Of a DNA stretch of 46,754 nt, positions 13,080-24,200 are shown one piece after another. Source of the DNA: Pelomyxa schiedti (taxonomy: Eukaryota > Protista > Evosea); NCBI GenBank assembly GCA_020536535.1, contig JAHLWZ010000923.1, forward strand, positions 1 to 46,754, given 5' to 3'. Position numbers and translations under genes: made by a program. Each line of letters starts with the position of its first letter. Position 1 is the first letter of the stretch. The notes under the pieces were generated by a model. The model was not told the origin of the DNA. It ran no database searches and saw nothing but the letters and a program-made list of their open reading frames with translations.

Positions 13080-16000
13080 ATGGCAACACTCTCAAAGTCG
13101 GATCTAGATCTAGGGGGTGGTGTGCGCCTTATAACAAAGGCGAGTGCGCAGAGTGTTGGTGGTCGCGGCAACGGTGTTGTCGGCAAAGTGCTGCCCAGTG
13201 TGGTGTCCATACATACTGACATTGTTGGCTTCCTGGCTCAGACGTGCGTCACTTTGGTATTTAGAAATACCTGTGCGTGCTCCTTTGCAACCCATCCCCT
13301 CTCCTTGTTCGTCTCACTGTGTCGGCACAGCGCCAAAAGAACTTACTGGAGAACTCGAGTTAAAACTGAAGTCTGATGCGACAGTTGTTGGGTACGCTGT
13401 AAACATGGGGGGTAAGTTTTTGGGACTTGTTCTCTGACTTGCTGAATCGTGTTCTCTATTCCAGAGACAATGGTGGAGGCTTCAATCGTCCCAAAAGATG
13501 TTGCCACAAAGGCTTTTTCTTCTGAGGTATTAGTGTGATGACCTCCAGTGGTCGAGTTTCACTATTCTTCCAAAGACTAGACACAAGAGTCAAGTAGCAA
13601 TTGCTGAACAATCAGTTGGAAATATTTTCCGATGCAAAGTTCACCCATTCAATCCATTATCTGAAAGAGTAATACAAGTATGGTCCATTGTCATTACCAC
13701 CGTTAACCCTGTGAAGGTGAGTATTTTTCACACCTTAGAGATGTATCCTTCAGAACTGGTGTATGAAACGCCATTTCAATTTTCTGCTGATACCGCCTTC
13801 AAGTTTATTGTATCCTTGCTGGTGATTTCCTTTTCCAATAAACACTCTAGGCTGAAGCTGAATTCCCTAGTGGCATTTGTGGTCCTCCCCATGTTAAAGT
13901 ATCTGCAAATCCTGCTTTCCAGATGCGTGCAGATCGTGTAACTGGTATCCACCATGAACAGCAATCAAATTTCTTATTCAACAAGACAATTTATCTCTTT
14001 ACTCGTGTGAATTCATGAGAGATTCACGTTGTGAGACTTCAGTGCTCAGAATCGATATTCCGCTCATCCACTGCAATAGTCCGCTTACATTGGTGGAACA
14101 AGATGATGACTCTACCTATTTTTGTGTTCAAGATTATTTCCCTGCTCCAGCAATTGTATCAACTCAAATACCTGTCTGGGAAACTCAGCATTTTAGAGTA
14201 ATGATAGAACCGCGAAAGTCGGAATTTTGTGGGATTGTTCACGTAGTCACTTGAACAGCAACATTGAGCAGTAAGAAAATCTAATAAGCGGAAAAACCCA
14301 TCAACTTTCCAACAGAGAGCTTCTGGTACTCTCTCATTTCTTTGGAACAGTTCAGACATCCTCCCTTGATTTAGTACTGTTTTCGACTTTAATAACGTCT
14401 AGTCACTTCCTGGTAAGCCCACTTAGAGTGCATGCAAGTTTTCAATGCCCAGACAGGATGCTTCCAAAATGCTTGAAACTCTCAAAGCCCATTCCGACTA
14501 CAATGGGGGTACGGATATCGTTTCATGTTTACAGCATGCTGTTGCAAATAATGAGATGTGTGACTTCTGGGTCTTCATCTCTGATGGGATATCCAGTTGG
14601 GGGGACCTTGAAGTTTTTTTTTTTATTTTGAAAATTAATCTTTACCTAGTTTAACAGGACTCCATTGGCTCGATGGACTTTTCATCATGCCCACCTATAA
14701 ACACCCTATGTTGCGCTTCAGTCGTTAATCACTCAGCATTGAGGGTATCCTGCATTCCACCATACCTCATTTAACATTACTCTAGAAAATAGCATATTCT
14801 ACAAAAGGAATTTACGTTCAAGAAAAAGATGCACATAAGGTTCTTTTTCGAGGGGGGGAAACCAGTCTCAGCTCTTTAAAGGCTGCACTTACATTAGTTG
14901 GGTGTAATACCTCAATTGTTGGAATAACAGACTGTGCTGGTCGTACCTCAAATAACTTTTTCGCATCTCAGATGTCACGTTCCCAGTTTTACACTGTGAG
15001 TGGATGTGTTCCCTTGCTCGCAGGGGGCAGTGGTACATTCATATCATCCATATGTAATAATATCAACCTAAAAACAGAAACTATATCTGTTTTTTTCCAG
15101 AATTCTGGGAAAACTTTTTCCTCTTCATACTCTGTTTCACGCAAAGCAGTATCATTGTGCCAAAGGAAACTAGGTATCTACAAACCTTTTTCTATCACAT
15201 GCATTTGACAGTTTGGAATCAGTTTCCAAATTTTGGGCTCTTTCAAAATTGGACAACATTTCTCTGACCAGTCAAACTGCGACAAGACAGAAGGAGTTCC
15301 TTTCATTGTGTAGAAAGTACCAAGTTCTCTCCTCCGTTACTTCTCTTGTTGTCCTAGAAACTATTGAACAAGTATCTTTTTCTACATGGCAATAATCCAA
15401 AAGAACACTTCTACAGTACCTTCGATATGGTATTGAACCTCCATCAAGTCAGCCCGAACTGCAAAGACAATACTTTTTATTAAAAAAAGACAAAGTTGTA
15501 TTGCTCAATCTCGTTCACTCTAACTCTTGAAAGGACTTGTCCCTTCAACGATACAATAAACGAGAACTGGTCTTAAACATGTGGAAACGCCGATTACTGT
15601 GGTTAAATGATAATTTCCTGTGTGATACAGTCGACCTTCATCACAAGGCTTTAAACTTTCTAAAACTATCTTGTGACGACACGGTCCTATTCTATGATGA
15701 CGAAATCTATTCCCGCCCACTAGTGACTCCTAATGGATACGAAGCTGATACAAGTGTACTGGCAACATATCCCTTGTCATCTTTTATCTTTTCCTCTGAA
15801 CCATCACTGGTACCAATTGTGGTGAGAAAGGAGGGAATTGGCATTTACCTGGAACTTTCAAAAGTACGTAAAAACTGCAGAGGTGGTGATCTTATCTTGC
15901 CTTATTCCAGATATTTGGGTCACATCTAGGGAATAGCGGAAAAAGGTAAACCATATCTCACAGAGCTCCATCGTAAATAGAACCCAGAGCCGAAATTCGT

Positions 16001-18924
16001 GGAGAGGGAAACATCCTTGATGAAAATAATCACCCCGCTCCTAATTACTTTGTGAACTCTCCCACAGGTAAGAGTCATATGAGATCTTACTTACAACTGC
16101 CTTACTCGTTAAAAGAGCTTTCGACTTTTTCTCAGGGCCGCGAAATACAACCTTTGATTGATGACTTCCTTCAGAGGGTGCAAAAGTTGGCAGAAGCTAG
16201 TGACTCCTTTTCTTCAAAAGTACTTCTTCTCTCGCATGATATTGCCACTGGACTGGGGAGTGGAACTGTGAGCACCTTGCTATCACGGTTATCTGAAGAA
16301 TATCCTTCATCATCCCGTGTGGCACTCACGCTCTTCCCTTCACTGAAAAGTTCTGTTGTCCAATCATACAATACAGTCCTTGCAATGCCATCACTGGTAT
16401 TCTGCCTCTTTTTTTTTTTTTTTTTTTTCGTTGTTTATATTCTGATTCATCTTTAGATTGAAAACTCTACACTTGACCTCTGTGTAGATCGTCAAGTACT
16501 GGGATTACTTGAAGTTTTTTTGTAACACATTCCAGGGCTTACAAAGGATAAAGTCATCCCCATTGGGTTGGGGATTCCCGTCTATGTACAATAATAGAGC
16601 GAACTTGCTGTACGACATCATGTTGCCCCATTTTTGTGAATACGAATCAAAAATGAGCTTGGAAAAAATTCAGTTCAATCTAGTTCCTTATCCAAGGTAC
16701 TTATTTCCTCAGTTTAGGGTCGCCTTTAAACCTCATACAGATTACATTTCATGATCCCGTCCATAGTGCCAGTAGTTGAAACACACACACCTCCCAGACT
16801 TTGGGAGGATATAAAGGATCTCTTTACAAATCCAGGGCGGAGTGCACTCTCTTCTGCTTCGTCAGGGACACATATATGTAGTACAATATTTTCTTCTTGC
16901 TCTCTTTTCTCCGCTATGGAGCTGAGTATGAAGCTTCCTTCGTTATATTCATCTGTATGTATCTTCTACTTTCTTTTCGATGTATTTCTCATTTCTTCTA
17001 CTTTGGCAGGCCACAGACTTTGCAGCATGGGCTCCAGCAAATGTAGTTTGCACTGTTCTCCCCCCTGTTCTTCCCTTGTCAGAGCATGTTACGCTATTGA
17101 CGAACTCAAGGGGTATACACAGCCATTGGTCTGGATTGACCGACCAATTTACCAAAGGGTTTCAGCACAAGATTCATATAGAAAGGCAAGCAATTGTTAA
17201 GGTGCTCGAACTTATTATTACCTTTAGATTTGTGGCCGAAGGCCTAGATGAAATGGAATTCACAGAAGCCGAAAGCAACCTAAACGATTTGTGCTCTGAA
17301 TATCAACAGTAAGACGAACATATTTGAATTACCAATAAAACCGGGATAGATACCAGGAATGTGTGGCAGACGATGAGGGTGACGAATGTGAAATTCCTGA
17401 ACTTCTCCCTGAAGAATCAGAAACAAATCTTATGTGCGAGGATGTAGATGGCTACACTGAAAGAGGGGGTATGGAAGAGAAGTCCATCCCTGAGGTTGAG
17501 GTTTTATCGGAGGAGGAGGGAACTGCTGCCATTGTAGTAGATACCACTGTTATTGACATTGAATCAAGGCCCTCACGAGAGCCGCCAATTTGTACCATTG
17601 TCAATCACCCGCCACTGCGACCATGTTTCACTCCAGATTGCTTGATTTATCCAAATTTTCGTCTAGAGCTTCATTGCACCACACCTTCTTTCGTCAATAC
17701 AAAGCTTGAGGACATCAATATCAGAGGTTAAGACTTTACTTACCTTTAGAGCTTATAATCTTCGTACCTAGGCCTTGATGATGTTTTTCGGAAGGAGTTA
17801 AATCGTGGAGAGGTGTGGCAGTTTGTTTACCTTTGCTGCTCGTGTGCAGTGTGCTTGTGGAAACAAGGATGCCATGGCCTAGCTATCAAGTCAATCTCTG
17901 TTCATACTCATGCAATCAGTTAAATAAACCACTAGGACCCTTAGTAATATTGCGGAGATTGCAGATGATAATGCCGACGTGCTCAGAACAATGGGATACT
18001 TGCTTCTCCAATTTTCCAAGGTGGAGGAAGCTGCACAAACTTTTGAAAGAATTTTGCACATACACCCAGATGAACCGAGATCGTATTTAGATCTTGCTCT
18101 CAGCCTTTTAAATGCTTCTGCGCCAGGTACCTGATGCCGAAAATACCGGTGTTAACTTCCATAAGCAAAAGGACTCAAGCGGGCATACGACCTATTCTCT
18201 TATATACTCGAGCAAGAGTGGGATGCGAGATTCAATCAGTTCGAAGTTGTAGCACTCATGGTATTTCCGTAGTAAGCCTCCTAAATATTAAATATTTTAT
18301 ATAGGATTTTGTCCGACTGAAATCTGCTGTCGATTCAACTAGGTTATTTCATTTTACATTCATTTGTTTACTTTTGTGTAGCTGTAGGGAGGGTTTCGAA
18401 TGTGATCACATATTTGAAGGCGATGTAAGCTGTAGTTTGCGAGTTGTATTGAACTGGTATTCTCCTCCATTCAAATTTTAATTTTGGTTGACATCTGAAA
18501 GGAACTGTGACATGACAGGTTGACAATGTTCCCTCCCACACAACACCAACAAGAAAAAGATGTTGAGCTACAAATCAGTGAGCCAAGTGGGGAGTGTTGT
18601 AGCACATTCCACAACAGCACAACCAGTGGTGGTATACTAAGCAAGAATATGGCATCTGGATATGGCCCCGTAGAATACATTACAAAGCACTGCCTCCCTG
18701 GCATATACATTGTTTCTGTACAGTTATATCACTCACCTTCCCCAGAACCCATGTATGTTTCTGTAGCTAGACCAGAGACAACCTCTAACTGTAACAGCGT
18801 TCCCGTGTGTTTACACATTTATACAAATTTTGGGCAGCCTTCTCAAACTTGTACTTGTACCACCTGCTTCCTAACAGAAGAAAAAGAGGTTGTTGCTCTA
18901 GCCACAATCGAATACTCTGAATAG
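13080..18924 (+). CDS. VIT-vWA-tubulin-like-TPR-DUF2135(YfaP) multidomain protein (many short introns)
   Basis: VIT: IVGFLAQTCVTLVFRNT..ELTGELELKLKSDATVVGYAV..MVEASIVPKDVATKAF..GNIFRCKVHP. vWA: KVGILWDCSRS..YNGGTDI..VFISDGISSWG. KFWALSKL..TSLVVLETIEQYLRYGIEPP. Tubulin ~15800-17390. TPR: TLSNIAEIADDNADVLRTMGYLL..ERILHIHPDEPRSYLDLAL..WDARF. DUF2135: LRVVLNWNCDMTDVELQISEPSGE..GGILSKNMASGYGPVEY..PGIYIVSVQLY..IYTNFGQP. Confidence 0.85.
15800..17390 (+). other. Divergent tubulin domain embedded in the VIT-vWA-DUF2135 gene
   Basis: DDFLQRVQKLAEASDSFSSKVLLLSHDIATGLGSGTVSTLLSRLSEEYP...FPSLKSSVVQSYNTVLAMPSLIENS...NLVPYPRLHF...FAAWAPANV...TLLTNS...[39 protein letters not shown] is colinear with tubulin from the GTPase domain to the acidic tail. 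Confidence 0.92.
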
Positions 18925-19022
18925 AGACAGTCTGACACAAAAAAAAATTCCTCTTACAAACCAAACAATCCATTTTTGGGCACATAATCACTGAGGGTTT
19001 GTTCAATGATGTGGTCATTTAT

Positions 19023-19712
19023 TTAGTGTTTCTCACGGATATTTTTGGTTTGGGTAAAGTGGAACTCGGTGCATGGGACCCAGGTGACAAGGGTGTACAT
19101 TTTTTCCTTGGCGTCTTCGTTCTCGTTTCTCCTCCTACAGAGTGGTGTTAGGTGTTTTGTTTTGCGAGGGTTATGTAGAGTGTCATGGTACGGTATTGTG
19201 GGTTAGGGTGTTTGGAGGGAAATGTGTGCTTGAGGCGGCGATGTTTGTCATTTTGAGGAAGAAGAAGAATACTTGGACAATCTGACGCGAACGCGGAAGG
19301 GCACGTTCTTAATGCCGGTGGACCAGACGAAGTGATTCAGCTTGGAATCCAGTCTAACGTCTTTTGTGTGCATTTCCTTCTTGGCAAATCGCCTGAGGAT
19401 CTTAATTGCCTTGGGGGCTCTGCGTTTGAACTGACTGCACAACAACGACAAAAGAAAAACGAGTTAGTTCGTGCAGAAAAAAAAAAGCGATACACATAAT
19501 AATAAAACAACCAAGCGTTGAAAACGTTAACTACGTGGCGTTGTTACGGCGACGCCGAAAAACGAATGAAGAGGTTTTGGTACAACAAAAAAAACAAGGT
19601 AGGGACAGAAAACGTACATGTTGTGGAGTTGTCTTCGCAGGTTGACGGTGTACTCGCGTGTGACGGGAGCGTTGCGATCTTTGGCGACCTTCTCCTTCTT
19701 CTCCCTCGGCAT
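19023..19712 (-). CDS. RPL31: 60S ribosomal protein L31 (eL31), 3 exons
   Basis: [87 protein letters not shown]. Confidence 0.96.
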
Positions 19713-20782
19713 TTTTACTCAATCTTCACGGTCCGGTGAGTGTGCGGGTGAAATTAAAATCGCTCAAATAGCGAGCCTGGCGTGACCACGACGGTATGGA
19801 CAAAAGAAAAAAAAATAAGACTATTCAAAGAGGAAATTAATTTGTCGCGTTACATCATGCTCAACAGTTGCAGGCCAATCTATTTCTATTTTCCCAAACT
19901 TCTATCCTCGGGAACATTCACTGACCACGGCTTGTTGAGAACATACCAGCAAAGTGAAAATCAGGGTCATTTCGGTTGTCTGGACTCGTGACCAAGTCTT
20001 GACTTGGAATGTTATATCTGTTTCGTTGTTCTGTGAGATGCAGCTGTGTTCTCCTGTGGCTCATGTCCGTAATTATTATTATTTTTTGAATGTGAGATGA
20101 AGAAACATGTAATAGCATATTATGGACTGCTTTTTTTTTTTTTTTTTTGCTGTTGTGATGGCTGGAGGTGTCATGCCTTGAATGGGTATATCGGTCAGAG
20201 AGAATCTCTGGCAAGCCTGTACAAGGCAGAGCACTTATAGAGTTTACATAACATCGGACCAGGTCACTCATGTTCATTGGAATTCCAGGCTTGACTTGTG
20301 AAGCTTGAATGTTTTGATCTCTGTTGCTTGCGTTAAGCCGACTCCGGTTCTTCTTGCATCCTTGGTATAAGCTTCTAATTCCATCAAAGTGCCAATGATG
20401 GACTCACTGCTCTTGGCTGATCTGAAGTGTCCGCCTTGTAGCTTTGCTGCTGGTGTGCGATTGCCATAAGAGTATATATTCATCTCTTGAACAATAGGGT
20501 CTTCTAAATATGCTTGGAAATGATGTCTCATCTCGCCTTAGAGCGTTTTCTGCTCATGGCGGTCCTAGAACGAGTGCTCTTGAGCTTCGATGCTTGGCGT
20601 ATATAGGTATGGACTGCTTCCTCAGAGTTTCCATATACCCATGAAATGTCCGGTTTGGAAATGATTAGAATGCAATCTTTCCCACGCAGTTTCCAGTAGA
20701 AATTTTTACGTGCAGGGAAACGATGACTAATCTCTGGTATTCATAGGGTCATGTAAAATAAAAAAAATATAAGGAAAAGACG

Positions 20783-21139
20783 ATGCAGACGCCAGGGAAG
20801 ACGCAAGTGATCGACATTGAGGAGATGAAGACTCTCGCTCACGAAGAGATGAGACAAACGTTCCTTGTAGCACAAGAAGCGGAGGTACCTTACTGCTGTG
20901 TCTTTTCCTTTTTTTTTTTTTTTTTGACACACAGAAAGAGCAAGGAGGAAGCACTTCGTATTCTGCACTCCAAGATCGATGAGTTGAGGAACAACTTGGA
21001 GCAAGAAGTGCGAGCCGCGTATGCCGCAAAGCGCGATGAGTATATAGTAAGCGTTTTTTTTTTCCCCTTGTTTCAATGCTCACAACAACAACAGAAGGCG
21101 TTTGTCGACCAAATTTCCAGTGGGGCAAACCCGCCCTGA
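20783..21139 (+). CDS. Small hypothetical coiled-coil protein (~85 aa, two introns)
   Basis: MQTPGKTQVIDIEEMKTLAHEEMRQTFLVAQEAE/SKEEALRILHSKIDELRNNLEQEVRAAYAAKRDEYI/KAFVDQISSGANPP*. Two T-rich GT-AG introns splice in frame. Confidence 0.55.
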   Translation: MQTPGKTQVIDIEEMKTLAHEEMRQTFLVAQEAEVPYCCVFSFFFFFLTHRKSKEEALRILHSKIDELRNNLEQEVRAAYAAKRDEYIVSVFFFPLFQCSQQQQKAFVDQISSGANPP

Positions 21140-21280
21140 GTGCAAAGTAGGCGCAAACTGACTGAGTATTAATTCCTTTTTATTCTTTGTTTTGGTAACT
21201 TTGCAACAGTACTACGAGTCACTGTCGCTACAATGGATTTTTTTAAGAATTTTCCCCTTTTGTTCCATTTTCAATATTTT

Positions 21281-24200
21281 TCAATTTTTTTCTGTTGTGA
21301 TGCTGGGGAGAGGGGCTGGCCGCGTTGGTTTTGGGAAAATGAGTGAGCATGATGACGGAGGCGATGATGACATTGGTGATTGATCCGACACAGCGGTTGT
21401 TGTGTTTGGATTAGCTTTTTCCCTGAGCTTGGATTCTTTGCAGGCCAAGTGATAGGTTTCGGAAAACCACGGCAGTGGTGAGACGACTTTTTTGGGTGGC
21501 CGGAATGCCGGCTTTGGTGGTTGTTTGTCCATTCCGTGAAGTGCTTTTTGTGCGGCCCATGTCAGTGTGGGTGGTGAGTTGCCTAGCTTCAGAGGACAAA
21601 AATGAAAACGAATGGAAGAATAGTGAGTTATTGTGAGCCACATGGGAGGAAGTTTACACTACCTGCAGTTGCAGCTGTCTGCGTTTCTGCGGGTGTTTGG
21701 TTAGGAGAAAGAATCGAAATAGGAATAATTGGAATGTACCATATATGCGGGTGACAGAGTCACTTTATCTTGGGGTACAAGGTTAGATTGCTGAATTACG
21801 GAATGTAAAACTTACTGGCGTCTAAGGATACTGGTATCAAGTTCTCACTTGGCATGTATCCTTTTATTATGTTTGTGGGATCACGTTCGGAGCAAACGAG
21901 CCACCAGGAGGAATTTGATGAATCCAAAACAGTGACGCGCTCTCCGCTTTGGAGATGCAAAAACCCAAAGGGGAGGTGTGATACATCATCTTCACTTGTT
22001 GTTATGTGATACTGAAAATATATATTGGCGTACCTTCTTGGTAGGAAGAATCATTAGCTACAATGGCGTGATTGAACACTTGTGAGAGTTCCTTGCTTTC
22101 AGTTTATATTACGACATAAATAACTGGATGCACAATGGGCACACCTAGAAAAAAATCGAGATAGTCTGTTTTTTTCAATGATAGAATTGTTTCGCCAACC
22201 ACAATCCCCAAGCCTTAGAAATTTCGGGTTGCGTTGAAAGTGTCTGTACTTGTCAGCAAAAAAAAGATTCTTCATTTGGGGTAAGGAAGGAATCTCACTC
22301 ACCCTTTCCACAGTTGGAAAAGACTCATGTTACTACTGGGGGTGATTGTTGTGAATTCACCTTGAATATACAGTGGATTGACATATTGTGCTTTAGAATA
22401 GTTTACTTCAGACCTTTTACAGTGAATAAAATGTGTGAGAGATCTAACCAATACCCACCACAAAGATATTGTTGAATTGGTGAGTCCAAGTGCTTCTCTT
22501 TGAAGGGCGCAATCTGCAAGAAATGTTCCATATCTTTTTATACATTTAAAGCGGTACATTCTTTAGGGAGCTTACCTGCAAGAGAAGAGCGCATCTACTA
22601 TCTTGAGAAGAAAGTTTTCGTTGAATTCAAAAGCGCAAGGATACTGTAGTGTCAACTGGTACACACAATCTGAAACAAAAAAAAAGTTGAGCCCACAGAA
22701 AATGAAAACAGGGAAGTGACCAATAAACTGGAGAAAAACGGGAGATCTTTCTGATGAGGACCTTTTTCTTGCATGCCCAACTCTACAAGAGATGAGACAA
22801 CTCTCGCTGATGTTGAGTGTTAATTTACCTCAGAGAAAATTTGTGCCCAAAAGATAGCCACTCCTTCTCAATCAGAACTTCAAACCCCAACAGAGTTCTG
22901 AAATAAGGATCGATTATCAATGTTGCCAGTGTGTTCAACTAATTTTGTTGTTACTTGAGGAAGTGGTGTGTAGTAAAATAACAATATAAAATTCTCTTGA
23001 AATATGGAGATCCCGATCTACCTGTGTAGATCTGTCAGACCCATCAAGGCATACTGTGAGAACAGACGTGCCTGCACATAGATAGTCGGCAATTCTAGAT
23101 GCCGAATTTAACACTGATTGTAGTTGTAATAACCATCTGTAATGCCTTAGCCGTATTTAGAATCTAGTAGCTTCACACTTCGGTATATCCGCGGGAGGTA
23201 AAGAAGGGATTTCTCCAATGTTTTGATAACTTTTATTGAGTTCCTGAAGGTCATCTTGGGATAAAGAGTAAGAAACAACTAATGCCATAAGGTCATTGTC
23301 AACCTAATAGTAGATTGCAGGAGAAAGTTTTATCATGTAGTCCCACAGGATCCAGTGCAGGTTGGACTCTTTTTTTTTATAGAGAAAGACTATCAGAATG
23401 GGAGGAAGAAAAAAAAAAAAGAAACTCAACTCAGGGCAGCAATCTACAAATGCCAGTCGTTTTGACAACTTCTCCAGCTGGCTCAGAAGATCAAAGTTGG
23501 CATTGAGGGTATTTCCAGAAAAGTCAATCTAGGTGTTATTAGCATTTAACAACGTAAGTGGCCATTTATTACCCTTGGTTTGGCAGATCTAAGAAGAAGA
23601 GCACGAGTTACTGGGTGCCTCCAGCTGAGAATTGGAAACCGACAAGAACTGTAGTATTTGGGAATTTGCCTAAGATGGAAATTAAGATGAGTAATAACAG
23701 GTTGTGTCTCACTTAAAGACGGAATCGTCAAGTGCTGCAGGAACTACTAATACTTGTGGATATGAAGGGCACAACAAAAAGTCATGGTTGAGGCTTGATA
23801 CTCTCCAATCTACTCAGCGAGTCAGTTTACGAAAAATGTACTTTCAATATGGACCAGAGTCAGGCAGCATCAATCTTGTGTACTCAGTGAGAGTGTTATA
23901 TACAGACCAGCCGGTATTTGGATAGTAAGACTGATACACAAAAGCAAAGGTTCTTGTTAACTTATTGGAGAATGATAGTCTATCGAGTATTAGTTCAAAC
24001 GCTTCCGCAGCATCTAGAATAAATGTGAGTAGTAATCTGGGCTGAAATGCTCACACCATCATTTGGTAGAAAACTAAGTGTAATTTTCCTTAGATCCTTA
24101 GAGAGAATCGTGCAAATTTTTTGTCCTTGGTCTGAGGACCATTTTGCCTTCTCAACACAAGCTAGAGGAATGGCCATCGAATTTGCCGATATGTCCGTCG

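Noticed and set aside
16052-17312. Stand-alone beta-tubulin gene or tubulin pseudogene
   Set aside because: No MREI start and no stop after the acidic tail; apparent stops and frameshifts are all removed by short introns, and the frame continues into flanking domains.
19136-19617. Intronic snoRNAs in the unusually long RPL31 introns
   Set aside because: No C (RUGAUGA)/D (CUGA) box pair found on the sense strand; H/ACA cannot be assessed by eye.
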